Notes: generated by a model from the sequence alone, not told the origin. DNA of 63,950 nucleotides, filler included, from Sphacelaria rigidula (GCA_964200075.2; 5 parts of 5 records of this genome joined end to end with filler, not necessarily neighbours in it), one strand, 5' to 3'; numbered from the whole stretch's first letter, positions 36,765 through 49,945 are shown. Translations and numbers: made by a program.

Positions 36765-37473
36765 TAGTGAGCTATGAGAGCTACATGAGCTACGCATGCT
36801 TTCCTTGGGTGAGCTACGAGAGCTGCATGAGCTACACATCTGTGGCCCACGTGAGCTACCAACCCGTAGCTCATCAGCTCATATTTGTCCTGGGTGAGCT
36901 ATGGGAGCTGTGTGAGCTGCACATGTTTGTTATAGGTGAGCTGCCAACCCGTAGCTCATCAGCTCATATTTTTCCTGGGTGAGCTATGAGAGCTGCATGA
37001 GCTACGCATGTTTGCCCTGGATCAGCTACCAACCCATAGCTCATGCAGCTCATATTTGTCCTGGGTGAGCTATGAGAGATGCATGAGCTACCCATGTTTG
37101 CCCTGGATAAGCTATGAGAGATGCATGAGTTTTACATGTTTGCCCTAGATGAGCTATGAGAGATGCATGAGCTATACATGTTTGCCCTGGGTGAGCTACC
37201 GGATGTGAGTCATCCGCACACGTCTGCCCTGAATGAGCTATGAGAGCTACATGAGCTATGCACGATTGCCCTGGTTGAGCTAAAGAGCTGCGGGAGCTAC
37301 GCCGATCTTGGAGTTGTTTCTGTTCCGATGCTCATGCACGTTGATATTGTACGTACGTGACGACGGTTAGATGTGCACACACCTGTGTTCTGTATCGTGT
37401 AGCGATGGATTTTCTTTTTGTAAACATCAACAATCAACATGGCTGCATCAGAACCCATCCGCATCATAGTTGC

Positions 37474-37535
<62 letters not shown>

Positions 37536-38025
37536 TCGCCCTGCATGGCGACCGCGGGGGGCAGCACCTCTAGCGGCGCTTCAGTCGGAAATGATGCCGT
37601 GGATCTGGGTCCTTCGCAACAGGCGATCAATGCGGAGGAAAACGTGGCTGCACTTACTTTCGTGTAGCGATGGCTTAGCTCATCCGCTCATGTTATCCCC
37701 GGGTGAGCTATAAGAGCTGCGTGGGTCACACATATTTGCTTTGTGTGAGGGATCGAACGTAGGTCATCCGCATATGTTTTCCCTGGGTGAGCTGTGAGAG
37801 TGCATGAGCTACACATATTTGCTTTGCGTGAGCTATCGAGCGTAGCTCATCCGCATATGTTTTCCCTGGGTGAGCTATGAGAGTGCATGAGCTACACATG
37901 TTTGCCCTGGATGAGCTATGAGAGCTGTATGAGCTACACATGTTTGTCCTACGTGAGCTACCAACTCGTAGCTCATGCAGCTCATATTTGTCCTGGGTGA
38001 GCTATGGGAGCTGTATGACCTACAC
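36765..38025 (+). repeat. 42/43-bp GAGCTA-rich tandem array in two blocks (36765-37300, 37675-38025)
   Basis: Unit A TGAGCTATGAGAGCTGCATGAGCTACACATGTTTGCCCTGGG alternates irregularly with unit B TGAGCTACCAACCCGTAGCTCATCAGCTCATATTTGTCCTGGG. Confidence 0.9.
37476..37533. repeat. (CA)n microsatellite
   Basis: Perfect CA run. Confidence 0.95.
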
Positions 38026-38333
38026 ACGTTTGAGTAATGTTTTCGTGAAATTGAGAGTTGAAGATCCAATTGAGAGCGACAAGTTTATTCGAACCGCGCT
38101 AACTGGGACCTTTTGAATTGTTTCACGACACTCTGAGTTGTAGTATAACAAGACGCTGGTTAACCCTTTGAGCAGACCTACTCAAACTTTCAGCCGAGTA
38201 TTTGTTGCTCCGTTCCCCGTCCTCCAACGAAGGCCGTGACCGGTCTTGTAGGTACGGCGTAGGGAGGGTATTTTCGGCGGATGTAGGGCCGGAATCACCT
38301 ACAAGGAGTGATTCCTTCTCACTGCTACCCTTG

Positions 38334-38433
38334 NNNNNNNNNNNNNNNNNNNNNNNNNNNNNNNNNNNNNNNNNNNNTTAATTAATTAANNNNNNNNNNN
38401 NNNNNNNNNNNNNNNNNNNNNNNNNNNNNNNNN
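38334..38433. other. Artificial contig linker
   Basis: N44-TTAATTAATTAA-N44. Confidence 0.98.
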
Positions 38434-38707
38434 CGCGATCAGACAGATGAAGGGCAGCGAGTGGGGTGGGTAGGGAGGTAGGAGTACTCATTTGTTGCTT
38501 GCCTTGGTCGTTTGACCATTGATCACGCATCCCTTTCGAGACGTATTTTGATCGATTTTTGGCATATTTTGACGGGAAAAACCCACATTTTTCGCCTCTT
38601 GCGGCCCTCCGCTAGCCCCTTAGGGAGCGCATATCGCCTGCGGCTCTCGTGTGCTCTGACGCCAGACTATTTCAAGCCTGCGTAGGACTGCCAGCCCCAC
38701 GAAAAAT

Positions 38708-41700
38708 CCGGTATTCGGTTCGGTTCAATTTTGGATGTTCCGTTTCGATGTCTGATGTCGTTTCCATTCAAGGTACGATCTTACGCCGGTTCGGTCCGTG
38801 TTTCTATTCGGTTCGATGGATGCTGTTCTTACGGTTCGACGTACGCCATCGTTACGGTTCGATCTATGCTTCTGTTCGGTAAATTTGACGCTATTTTTGT
38901 CCCGGTTCGATCTGCCTTTCGGTTCGGGTCAGTGAATGTTGTTGTTCCGGTTCGGCTTATGTTTTGGTCCTCCGGTTTCTGTTCTCGCCTCAATTCATGC
39001 TGTTGTTGCGGTTTCGCCTGTATTTCGTTTCACTTCAATTCATGTTGTTCTTGCTCGGTGGATGTTTCGATTCGATTCAATTTTCGTTGTTGTTCCGTTA
39101 TGTTTCGGTTCGCCGTAACCCATACTGTTGTTGTGACTGTTGTTGCGGTTCGGTCCATAATTCGTTTCGTTCCAATTCATGTTTCTCCGGTTCGGGATAG
39201 ATTTCGATTTGTTGGAATCCATGTTGTTGTTCCGGTTCGGTGCATGCTGCGGTTTACTTCAACATTTTTTCTGTTCCGATCTGGGTCGTGTTTCGGCTTG
39301 TTTCAAATCTTATTATTGTTCCGATCCGGTATATGTTTCGGTTCGCTGGTATTCATGGCGCTGTTCCGGTTCAGGTCATATTCCGACTTGCTGCAATTCA
39401 TGTTGTTCCGGTTTGGCGAATATTCGGTTCGCTGCAATGTTTGGTTGTTGCGGTTCGGGTTATATTTCGGTTCGCCTCAATTTTGATTTTCGTTTCCGGT
39501 TAGGCATATGTTTTGGTTCGCTCAATTCATGCTGTTCTTCCGGTTCGAGTGATATTTCGGTTCGCTGCAATTCATGCTGTCGTTTCGCTTCGGGTCATGT
39601 TTCCGCTCGATGCAATTTTAGCTGTTGCAGTTTGACTCGTTTTCGATCTTTGCAGCATTTCATATATCGCTGTTCCGGTTGGGGTAGAATTTCGGTGGTT
39701 CGCTGCAATTCATGCTGTCGCTTCGGGCATTTATACTCCGGTTCAGGTTATATTTCGATTCGCTGCGATTTCTGGTGTTGTTCCGGTTCGGGTTGTGTTT
39801 CGGTCCGCTACAACTTGTACCGTTGTTCCGGTTCGGTTTAAATTCCGGTTCGGGCTAATTCTGGTTCCGGTTCGGCTCATATTCCGCTTCGCTGTAGTTC
39901 ATGCTGCTGTTCCGGTTCAGGTTATCTTCCGATTCGCTGCAGCTTTTGCTGTTGTTCCGGTCCGGGATATGTTTTGGTTCGCTGCAACGCATGCAGTTGT
40001 TCCGGTTTAATCTATATTTCGATTCGCTCCAATCCATGCTTTTGTTCCGGTTCGGGTTATATTCCGGTTTGCTACAACTCATGCTATTGTTCCGGTTCGG
40101 AAAATATTTCGGTTCGCTGCAATGCATGCTGTTGTTCCGTTTCGGTCAACATTGTGGTTCGCTGCAATTCGCGTTGATGCTCCGGTCCGGGTTACATTCC
40201 GGTTCGCTACATTTTTTTTGTTAATTCATGCTGATGTTCCGGGTCAGGTTATATTCCGGTTCGCTGCAACGCATGCTGTTGTTCTGGTTCAGGTTATACT
40301 CTGGTTCGCTGAAATTCATGCTGTTGTCCTGGATGAATCTACATTTCGATTCGCTGCCACGCATGCTGTTGTTCCGGTTCGGGGTGTATTCCGGTTCGCT
40401 GCAATTCATGCTATTCTTCCGGTTCGGGTTATATCCCGGTTCACTGAAAAAAAAATGTTGTTTCGGTTCGGGTCGGGTCGTGTTCGGTTCACTGCAGTTC
40501 GTGTTGATGCTCCGGTTCGGGTTACATCCCGGTTCGCTACATTTTTTTTACCGACTCACGCTGATGTTCCGGATCAGGTTATATCCCGGTTCGCTGCAAC
40601 GTTTGCTGCTGTTTCGGTTCGAGATATGTTTCGGTTCGCTTCAATTCATGATGTGGTTCCGGTTGAATCTATATTTCGATTCGCTGCAACGCATGCTTTT
40701 GTTCCGGTTCGGGGTATATTTCGGTTCGCCGCAATTCATGCTATTGTTCCGGTTCGGGTTATATTCCAGGTTATATTCTGGTTCGCTGCAACGTTTGCTG
40801 CTGTTCCGGTGCGAGATATGTTTCGGTTCGCTTCAATTCATGTTGTGGTTCCGGTTTAATCTTTATTTCGATTCGCTGCAACGCATACTCATGTTCCGGT
40901 TCGGGTTATATTCCGGTTCGCTACAGTTCATGCTGTCGTTCCGGTTCGGGTTGTGTTTCCGCTCGCCGCAACTCGTGTTGATGCTCCGGTTCGGGTAACA
41001 TTCCAGTTCGCTACTTTTTTTTCACCAATTCATGCTGATGTTCCTGTTCGGGTTATATTCCGGTTCGCTGCAACGTTTGCTGCTGTTCCGGTTCGAGATA
41101 TGTTCCGGTCCGCTTCAATTCATGCTGTCGTTCCGGTTCGGGGTGTATTCCGGTTCGCTACAATGCATGCTGTCGTTCTGGTTCGGGGTGTATTCATTTT
41201 TTCTTCACCAATTCATGCTGATGTTCCGGTTCGGGTTATATTCCGGTTCGCTGCAACGTTTGATGATGTCCCGGTTCGAGATATGTTTCGATTCGCTTCA
41301 ATTCATGCTGTGGTTCCGGATTAATCTATATTTCGATTCGCTGCAACGCATGCTCTTGTTCCGGGTCGGGGTATATTCCGGTTCGCTACAATTCATGCTA
41401 TTGTCCCGGTTCGGCTTATATTTCAGGTTATATTCCGGTTCGCTGCAATGTTTGATGATGTTCCGGTTCGAGATATGTTTCGGTTCGCTTCAATTCATGC
41501 TGTCGTTCCGGTTCGGGGTATATTCCGGTTCGTTACAATGCATGCTGTCGTTCCGGTTCGGGGTGTATTCGTTTTTTCTTTACCAATTCATGCTGATGTT
41601 CCGGTTCGGGTTACATTCCGGTTCGCTGCAACGTTTGATGATGTCCCGGTTCGAGATATACTTCTGTTCGCTTCAACTCATGCTGTGGTTCCGGATTAAT

Positions 41701-43012
41701 ATATATTTCGATTCGCTGCAACGCATGCTCTTGTTCCCGTTCGGGGCATATTCCGGTTCGCTACAATTCATGCTATTGTCCCGGTTCAGGTTATATTTCA
41801 GGTTATATTCCGGTTCGCTGCAATGTTTGATGATGTTCCGGTTCGAGATATGTTTGGGTTCGCTTCAATTCATGCTGTCGTTCCGGTTCGGGGTATATTC
41901 CGGTTCGCTACAATGCATGCTGTCGTTCCGGTTCGGGTTACATTCCGGTTCGCTGCAACGTTTGATGATGTCCCGGTTCGAGATATGTTTCGGTCCGCTT
42001 CAATTCATGCTGTGGTTCCGGATTAATCTATATTTCGATTCGCTGCAACGCATGCTCTTGTTCCGGTTCGGGGTATATTCCGGTTCGCCGCAATTCGTGC
42101 TATTGTTCCGGTTCGCTACAGTTCATGAGATCGTTCCGGTTCGGGTTGTATCTCGGTTCGCTGGAATTTTTAGTTGTTTCTGTTCGGGTCGGGTCGTGTT
42201 CGGTTCGCTGCAATTCGTGTTGATGCTCTGGTTCGGGTTACATTCCGGTTCGCTACAATTTCTTGTTGATTCATGCTAATGTTCCGGTTCGGGTTATATT
42301 CCAGTTCGCTTCAATTCATGCTGTTGTCCCGGTTGAACCTATATTTCGATTCGCTGCAATGCATGCTGTTGTTCCGGTTCGGGTTACATTCCGGTTCGCT
42401 GCAATACATGTTATCGTTCCGGTTTGGGTTATATTCCAGTTCGCTGGAATTATTCTGTTGTTCCGGTTCGGGTCGTGTTCGGTTCGCTGCATATCATGCT
42501 GCTGCTCCGGTTTGGGTTACATTCCGGTTCGCTACAATTTGGTATTGTTCCGTTCGGAATATGTTACGCTTCGCTTGAACTTTGATCGTAGTTCCGGCTC
42601 GGTGCATGTTCCGGATCGCTCCAATCCATGCTGTTGTTCCGGTTCGAGGTTATATGTCGGTTCGCTGCAACTTTTGTTGTGGTGCCAGTTTCGGCTATGT
42701 TTCAATTCCCTTCGATCCATGCTGCTGTTCCGCTTTGGTCAACATTTCCGTTCGCTGCAATTCATGCAGCTGTTCCGGTTCGGGTCACATTCCGGTTCGC
42801 TTCAACCCATGCTGTTGTTCCGGTTCGGGGTTATATCTCGGTTCGCTGATTTTTTTGTTGTGGTGCCGGTTCCGCTTATGTTTCCGTTCCCTTCGATCCA
42901 TGCTGCTGTTCCGTTTCGGTCAACATTTCGGTTCGCTGCAATTCATGCACTTATTCTGGTTCGGGTTACATTCCGGTTCGCTTTAATCCATGCTTTCTGC
43001 CCGGTTCGGCTT
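38708..43012 (+). repeat. 45-bp tandem array (~4.3 kb, roughly 90-95 units)
   Basis: Consensus GTTCCGGTTCGGGTTATATTCCGGTTCGCTGCAATTCATGCTGTT; degenerate at the edges, more homogeneous in 40200-42400. Confidence 0.95.
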
Positions 43013-43784
43013 GTATTTCACCGATGCTTCCGTCATGTCGCCTACGGGGGCAGACGCCCAGTGTTCGCAATAGCATTACGCGAGTGCGAGCAAGCACACT
43101 CTTTCACGGCCGAAGACGGCTGAATCACCGCAAAGCATCGCCAAACATCAAACTATGCCGGCAGGTCCCCCTTGTTGTCTGACCAGAACATCATCACACT
43201 ACTCGTACCCTCGCGATGATATGGTACTCTGGACGTCAAAATTGCCGTAAACGTTATCAAAATCGCCGAAAACGTTCATTTCCTGCTTTCGGATGCTGCG
43301 CCAAACGGAGAATTACGCTAGCGCCATCCCTGGTTCTGCTCGCAATGACTCACATTCTGCCAGTCTGCCACGTGGGTGTTCAAAACTCGGATTCTTCCCA
43401 AGTTCTGCCGGCACAAGCTATCAGGGGATCATTGGGAGTGATCGAGTGAGAAATCAGTTATTTAGTTTTACGCCAAGACACTATCTACGATAAACAATGT
43501 TTTCATGAGATTGAGAGTACAGGATACGATTGAGAGTGAAAAGCGGTCAGTTAGTGAATGAATCGTTTCAGTTCCGAAATGCCCCTCCACGAGGCCCAAT
43601 ATGCTTCCTGCAGCAGCTTGCCACTGAGGCCCTTGATATCCCTGAGTAGGATATCGACGTCTAGCTGAAAGCACACACCAGTGTCAGAGGCAAAGAAAAG
43701 CACACACGGGATGAAAATTCGGCTAAGTTAAAGCGAATGATCAAAGCCACTCTCGATCAGCGCTCTACTCTCAATCTCACGAAA

Positions 43785-44032
43785 ACGTCGCTGACAGCGC
43801 CCCGCGAAAATGTGCCTGGTTTTTGGGAGACAAAATCTTCACGTAAATCGAGGTGGAAAAAGGCGAGCACAAAGAGGAGCTGGGAATTCCCACGCTTGGG
43901 TTCGTTCTCGCCAATGTCGGCCGTATGAGGCGTTTTATGCAGCATGAACCCAAACATCAGGCGCTGTATGTCCATTTCTTTCGTGACACTTCCGAGCTGG
44001 TTTTTTGGGGAGGGGCTATCGTAGAAAGTGTC
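43785..44032. mobile_element. MITE-like interspersed repeat
   Basis: Homologous to 25330-25503 and 25623-25800 (rc); shared terminus GGGGCTATCGTWGAAAGTGTC. Confidence 0.6.
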
Positions 44033-44222
44033 CCAACTAAATTACGAAAAATGTGTGTGTGTTTTGGGGTGCTTTTTGTGCGCCACGAGGGGAGGCCTGG
44101 GCCGACTACGTGCAAGTAAACGGGACATAAAGAGAATCATTACAACAGAGACAGTGGCTGAGAGGAAGGGGATGATGAAGCAGGAGAGTGAGCGAGGAAG
44201 GGTCCAACCAAAGGGAACCAAT

Positions 44223-44480
44223 CACGGGTCGGACGAATTAATGATTCGTCTGGAAATTACTTGATTTTAGTGTGATTGATTCGTACCGTACGGATCAATC
44301 TTTGGGCTTTCTTTTCAGCGTTGCAGCCCAGGTACGCGCAGCCCAGGCACGCGGAATGGCGCAAAAGTTGCGTGGGAACCTTTTTGACCATCGGTGGACC
44401 TTTTTCTCTCTTTCGAGCAATCAGGGCTGAAAAATCGTGGATTTGGTGATTTGAACCGGCGATGATTCGTCCGAACCGTG
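44223..44480. mobile_element. hAT-type MITE (~260 bp)
   Basis: TIR CACGG(G/T)TCGGACGAAT; 8-bp TSD GAACCAAT/GAACCGAT; other copies at ~13102-13400, 22062-22295 (rc) and 31342-31535. Confidence 0.85.
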
Positions 44481-45085
44481 GAACCGATGCAGCCGAGGAG
44501 AGCATACGGGAGATTTCGGATCGTGTAGCCAGATATGTGCCGGACGGACTAGAGCGAAGGTGGAAAGAGTACTCACGATCCTCCCGTATCTCAGGGTACC
44601 CTCTTTTCGGGACAGGGGATGTGGGGTTCGCCCAGCTTGCATCGCGTTCCCTGCGCAAGCGCTGCCGGTACACAATCCCAAAAAGTATTCCCAATGGAAG
44701 AGATGAAAGGAGTTGATTCAAGCCGGACGGAATTCACTGGTGTTCGTAAGTAAGGATGGATTAGCAATAGAAACGAAACGAGAACACCAGCAAAGTGACC
44801 ACAATTCAAAATCAGCGGCACGTTGTCCCATCGCGCGAAACGCAGAGCTACTAGAGGAGCTTGATAGCGCTGAATCCAAGGTCGCGGAGCTACTGGAGGT
44901 AGCAGCGTTTTTTTGTTCTTGCTGATTGTTTCCTTCCATTGCACCCTTTCCCCGATGTGACGTGTGGCCATATTATATGGTGTTGTTCTTCTCATGCCTA
45001 CTATATTGGTATATATGGTTGTCCCCCAAGTGTCTGCGTACAGCTGGGATGTGCCTGGTTCGTGATAACCCGACATGGAATATTC

Positions 45086-45301
45086 CAGGGCTCTTTACGT
45101 TACACGTCACAAAGTTCGTTACACGTCACGAGTTAAACCAGGCCAGTACTACAGTGGGGACCTACGTGGTCGCTCACCGTATATAGTACTAGCCAGGTCC
45201 GACGCTTAATTTGATTTGACTTGATTTTACAAAGGGCTCCGCGTGTGACGAATTTTGTGACATGTGACGTTAGGTTGTGACGTGTAACGTAAGGAGCCCT
45301 G
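45086..45301. mobile_element. hAT-type MITE
   Basis: TIR CAGGGCTCYTTACGTTACACGTCACAA; 8-bp TSD GAATATTC/GAATATTT; subterminal GTCAC repeats. Confidence 0.85.
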
Positions 45302-46140
45302 GAATATTTCAGCATGATAAGAATATGAAGTACCGTGCTTGTCTCGGAATTGAGTACACAGGTAGCACGTGTATCTAGGTTTTTGAGACCCCCAAGCAAG
45401 TGCAGATATAGGTGGGGAAAGGCTTAGTTGGCGTAACACCGACAGGGGTTAACTCCCGACCTAGTAGAAACAGAAGGGAATAATCATGCGACCTCTCTTG
45501 CTACGGTTACATTTGGTGCTTAAGTTTGGCTCTATTAATGTTTGGTTTTGCGTGTCGAGCGGGAGCATTGGGCTCTGTCTCCGGTAGTCCGAATGTTCGC
45601 CTGCAGCACCGGTTCTTATTGGGTTAGTAGGTATTCTTTTTTTTGTATCGCGTCTGTGCTTTTCTGGGCCCTGTTCTATTTTATCTCGATTTCATTATAC
45701 AATATGTGGGTAGAAAGCCTGTGACAACGGAACCGTCCGCATCAGATATCCAGCCCGGAAGCAAGAAGTACTGCGTATATATCGGAACGGTGTTGTATGT
45801 AAAGGCAACAAACATGAGCAGATGAGGCATAACTTGAGCACCTTATTGTACAATATACACACAAATATTGGAGAAAGTAAAAAAACGAAAAAAATACCAC
45901 AAATAGACAACACCTAACTCGTGCTGTCACTACACTTCAGTGTATATTGAAGTATAAAAATACGATTGATATTCAACGACTTAATCGTGCAGTTACTTCA
46001 ATGAATATATATTGAAGTAGGTATATAAATACCATGAATAGCCACCGCCCACTCGTACAGTTACTCAAACACGATATATACATATATATAAAACGCCATG
46101 AATAGCCAAAGCCTAACCTGTGTATTATTGCAAGCAACAC

Positions 46141-46505
46141 CGGTCGCCCACGGTGGCTCGGTTGGTAACTTCGAAATCTTGTGACGGGTGGGTCGTGTAT
46201 TCGAATCTCGGTGCAGTCACACGATCTGGGATTTTCATCTCACACCATGCCCAACAGTGGAGAGCGACAACGTTGTGAGCACAAAATTCGACTTCACGGT
46301 CGATGGGGGGAAGGAACTGCTGAACCCCGCTCGCGATAAAAAATAAGGCAAGCACCGTAGAAGGAAGGTGGAGTACTGAAACAAAAGAAAAAAGAAAAAA
46401 AGTCCTGTGTTGGTCTTCCTCCCCTGTGAACCCGGCTGATGCGCCCACATATACCGAAAGGTGTAGACTGGCGTCCAGAATAGATGGGATGACAACACAC
46501 ACACA
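46141..46505 (+). mobile_element. tRNA-derived SINE, family 1, full length
   Basis: A-box TGGCTCGGTTGG, B-box-like ATTCGAATCTC, (CA)n tail; copies at 49585-49945 (-), ~50085-50445 (-, diverged), 60060-60308 (+, partial) and 12572-12655 (-, partial). Confidence 0.8.
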
Positions 46506-47344
46506 ACTTATCATGAGCAACCGTTTGATATTAACAATTCGTGCCCACCTGTATCGCCATGTCCTTGGCGATGTGACCGTGTGTAAATAGACGTAGCCTA
46601 GGTGCTGCTTCCATCAAAGGGGATTTCGTCTAGAGAAAATACAACAACTTCGTACGTTTTGTCTTTACAAGGTACTACAGTATATGGTGGGAAAAATTGG
46701 CAATTGATAAAAACACACCGTACCACTACGAGCTGGGCCAGCCTACAAGCTCACAATTCTCTAGCACACGATCATTTTTTCATTTCCCGACGACGCCTCG
46801 TGTAAGTATGACGCTGTGAAGTGCAGACCGATCTGCTGATGCACACTCCGTCGCTAAAAAAGAAGGAAAAAATAAATGGAAAGATGTACTGCATAATCAA
46901 TGACCTCCTCAACAACGGAACCAGATTCTACGAAAGTAAAAAAAGGGTATACGTCGGGATTCGAACTCATAACAGTCCACACTCATAACAGTCCACACTT
47001 GTGAAAGTCTCTTATACCGGTCATACAATGGAGTGCGACGGTACCACACAAAAAAGTGGAATGCACGGCCCAATTTTGACGAGTTTTGAGCTCAAGTCTT
47101 TTCACGTACCTTCTACGCATCACTACGCAAAAACGTGGTAGCCAGATATATAATCATTTTTTTTACTTCAGGCTCTTAAACTGGCCCTAAATTTTCTGTC
47201 TGTTTCTCTTTCTTTTTTTTCGTCGCTACTGCAACGTATTTTTTCCATCTTGATGCGGACATTGTGTAATTTTTTCAGCTTCTCCTCACTCCAAAAAACG
47301 GGCCGTGCAGAGCTGGTCAAGCGCCAAAAAATGCTTCAAGCGTA

Positions 47345-48854
47345 CAGGCTGGTTCAAGCAAAATACCCAAAATTCTGTCATCAGCCAATGCCTTCTGCAA
47401 TACGCACCCAATTATCGCACAAATGGTATCATACTGATGCAGTGAACAAAGAAGGTGGCACAGCCAGATTTTTGTTCAAGGCTATAGCGGTGGCGCTATG
47501 GACAAAAATGTGTCTCGACCAATCAGCGCTTTTAAAAATGTTCTGAAATTGAAAACATGAATTGCAAGCCCAATTTCCACCGAATCTCCACATGCTTTAA
47601 ATCGTAGTGACCGTCATCACCTCAGGAATTTAACGGGAGAAACAGATTTGAAAACGGTTCCAACGGGGTCGGATTATACCCGAAACCGTAATGTTCCGGT
47701 GAAGTGTAGTTTTGGCGTCGTGTAATTTCCTCTCATGATAAGTACGACAGGCTAAGGGAGTCTCGGGACGATTTCCCTTATATTTGTTGCAGAAAAGCTC
47801 AGATCATCCTCAAACTTGGCAGTTCCGTAGGTATTGATGCTCCAAATGGAAAATTATGTTCTTAGCAAAATTTCAAAGTTTCTCCGTTTTCTACCGGCTT
47901 CCGGAGGTCCCAGTAGAAAGACCCCCGGAAGGCGGTACAGAATGCCTCTGAAGGAAAAAGAAGAACATGATGCGTCCCGGGATCGTCCAAGGAACACATG
48001 TACAAAGTTTAGTGGAGAAACTCGACAATATCATACAGGTTTTCTTGCCTTGACGTTAAATTCACCCGAAAAAGACGTTTTTATACTAAAACCAAGTATC
48101 TAGGAGTTTGCACGTTTTAAGTTCACATCCTCGCACAAACGCGCAAACCTCATTAGGAGTTAGACCCCAAAACTTTACACAAATGTGCTATGAGTCACTA
48201 CGCAAATTGAAATCAACGGGGTTTTTTTACTTTTCGTTTTTTTTTACCGTTTTTCGTGAGTCCGACGGGACCCAACTCGTATTTTCGAAGTCGTCCATTT
48301 CGGGACCCCGGAAAACCGGCACTAAGTTTTATTTTTTACTTTGGAGGCGAACGCCCTGTCACCACGAAACCTAGGGAAGGAACCCACAAAGTTTCGTGGC
48401 CAAACTCGATGAAGTGATGCTTGAATTTTCATGTTCACGTCAAAGAAGGTCCAAAAAAAGCTATTTTATACTGTATTAAAATCTAGTAGTTTGCGGTTTT
48501 ACCGTGGCACGGCAAGGTTCATCGCACAAACGCGTAAGACTTCACGTCGGTTCAATGAGTTAGACCCTGAAATTTTGCACAGGTGTTGTATGGGTCATTA
48601 CGTAACTTTGGATGAACGAGGTTTTCCGATTTTTTCCGCTTTTACCGTTTTACGGGGATCCGACTGGATCCAAGTTTCCCCGAAAAAACTAGGACTCCCG
48701 AAAAATGGTGAAAAAAGAAAAAAAAAAGCTCGACCTTGGAAAGTTGCGTAATGACCCATAGAACACATGTACAAAATTTCAGGGCCTAGCTCCTGAAAAT
48801 GGCGTGAAGTTCTGCCGATGAGTGTTTTTTGGGTCTTTTCGGTGAACCAGCCTG
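47345..48854. mobile_element. Non-autonomous Tc1/mariner-like DNA transposon, same family as 16114-17618
   Basis: TA|CAGGCTGGTTCA ... TGAACCAGCCTG|TA; internal sequence colinear with the rc of 16114-17618. Confidence 0.85.
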
Positions 48855-49584
48855 TAGCCCAGCAGGCGCATCAACTGGGAATATGTGCTACACCTGAGTC
48901 TTCAACAAAACAAAGGAAAAACGAGGGAAAAAAACAAGCCTCTCCTCGGACGGCCCCATTCGCAAAAGAGAGCTTTTTCACCCATCTACACCGTTCCCTT
49001 TCAACGCTCGCTACCCCTCCCCTTCCTCGAGATGATGAGTCTATACTCTCGGTGGATGAACCCATCTCCCCCCCGGAGCATGCCTTCTATATTGTTATCG
49101 CGATTGGATGATGACCAACGCTCCCCCACCGCGTCAACCGTGGCCAAATCAAGTTCCGACGCTACGAATATATACATACATGAGTTGAAGTTGGGAAAGG
49201 GGGGGGGGGAAGCTGTGAAAAAAAGTGGAGGGTCAAAGAAGCAAGCGAACAGGAACTTAAAAAACGGTCTAGAGCCCCCCCCCCCCCCCCCCACCACAAA
49301 AAAAAAAAAAAAAAAAAAAAAAAGTTACGGAAGAGATCAGGCAGAAGAGAACCACAGGAAATTAATACAGAACAGTGGCAGGTGCACCTGTAGGATGAAA
49401 TTGCCATGCTGAGGAGAGCAAGAGCGAGATCTGCACCCAGGGCATCTTCTCTGATGGCCTCCACCACCGTCTTGGCTGCATCTCTCACCCTGTAACAACG
49501 CAAAATCAAATGGAATCCAGCGCAAAGAACGGGAGATCAAGGACTATCTTGTGGGCACCGATGAAGCCTTAGCGCCTCAGACCA

Positions 49585-49945
49585 TGTGTGTACGTGTGTT
49601 GCCATCCCATCTATTCTGGACGCTTGGCTACACCTTTCGGTATATGTGGGCGCACCAGCCGGGGTCACACAGGAGGAAGGCCAACACATAACTTATTTTT
49701 TATTTGTTTTAGTACTCCTCCTTCCGTCTGCGGTGCTTCCCTTTATTTTTTATCGCGATAGGGATCCAGCAGTCCCTTACCCTCGTCGACCGTTAAGTCG
49801 AATTTCGTGTACCCACACAGCATAGTCGCTCTCCACTGTTGGGCATTGTGTGAGAAAAAAATCCCAAATTGCTCCGAGATTCGAAGCCACGACCCAACGG
49901 TCAGAAAGTTTCGACGTTTATCAACTGAGCCACCGGGGCCACCGG
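49585..49945 (-). mobile_element. tRNA-derived SINE, family 1
   Basis: Reverse-complement homolog of 46141-46505 including the A/B-box head. Confidence 0.8.

Larger units (their letters stand above)
43150..49489 (-). pseudogene. PARP16-like mono-ADP-ribosyltransferase pseudogene
   Basis: Exon 49489-49388 VRDAAKTVVEAIREDALGADLALALLSMAISSYR resembles the PARP16 N-terminal helix. Exon from 44548 gives GTYLATRSEISRMLS and, after MITE removal, GWTLPRSL. Frameshifted AECE/VI at ~43350 and EYHIIARVRVV at ~43195-43230 follow in PARP16 order. Confidence 0.55.

Noticed and set aside
36765..38025. CRISPR-like array
   Set aside because: Tandem monomers without unique spacers, in a eukaryotic context.
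38708..43012. CRISPR-like array or repeat-protein gene
   Set aside because: Intervening sequences are variants of one monomer, not unique spacers; no cas genes; ORFs arise from the 45-nt period and switch frames at indels.
46141..46215. tRNA gene
   Set aside because: A/B boxes are present but there is no proper cloverleaf, and it heads a multi-copy ~360-bp SINE.
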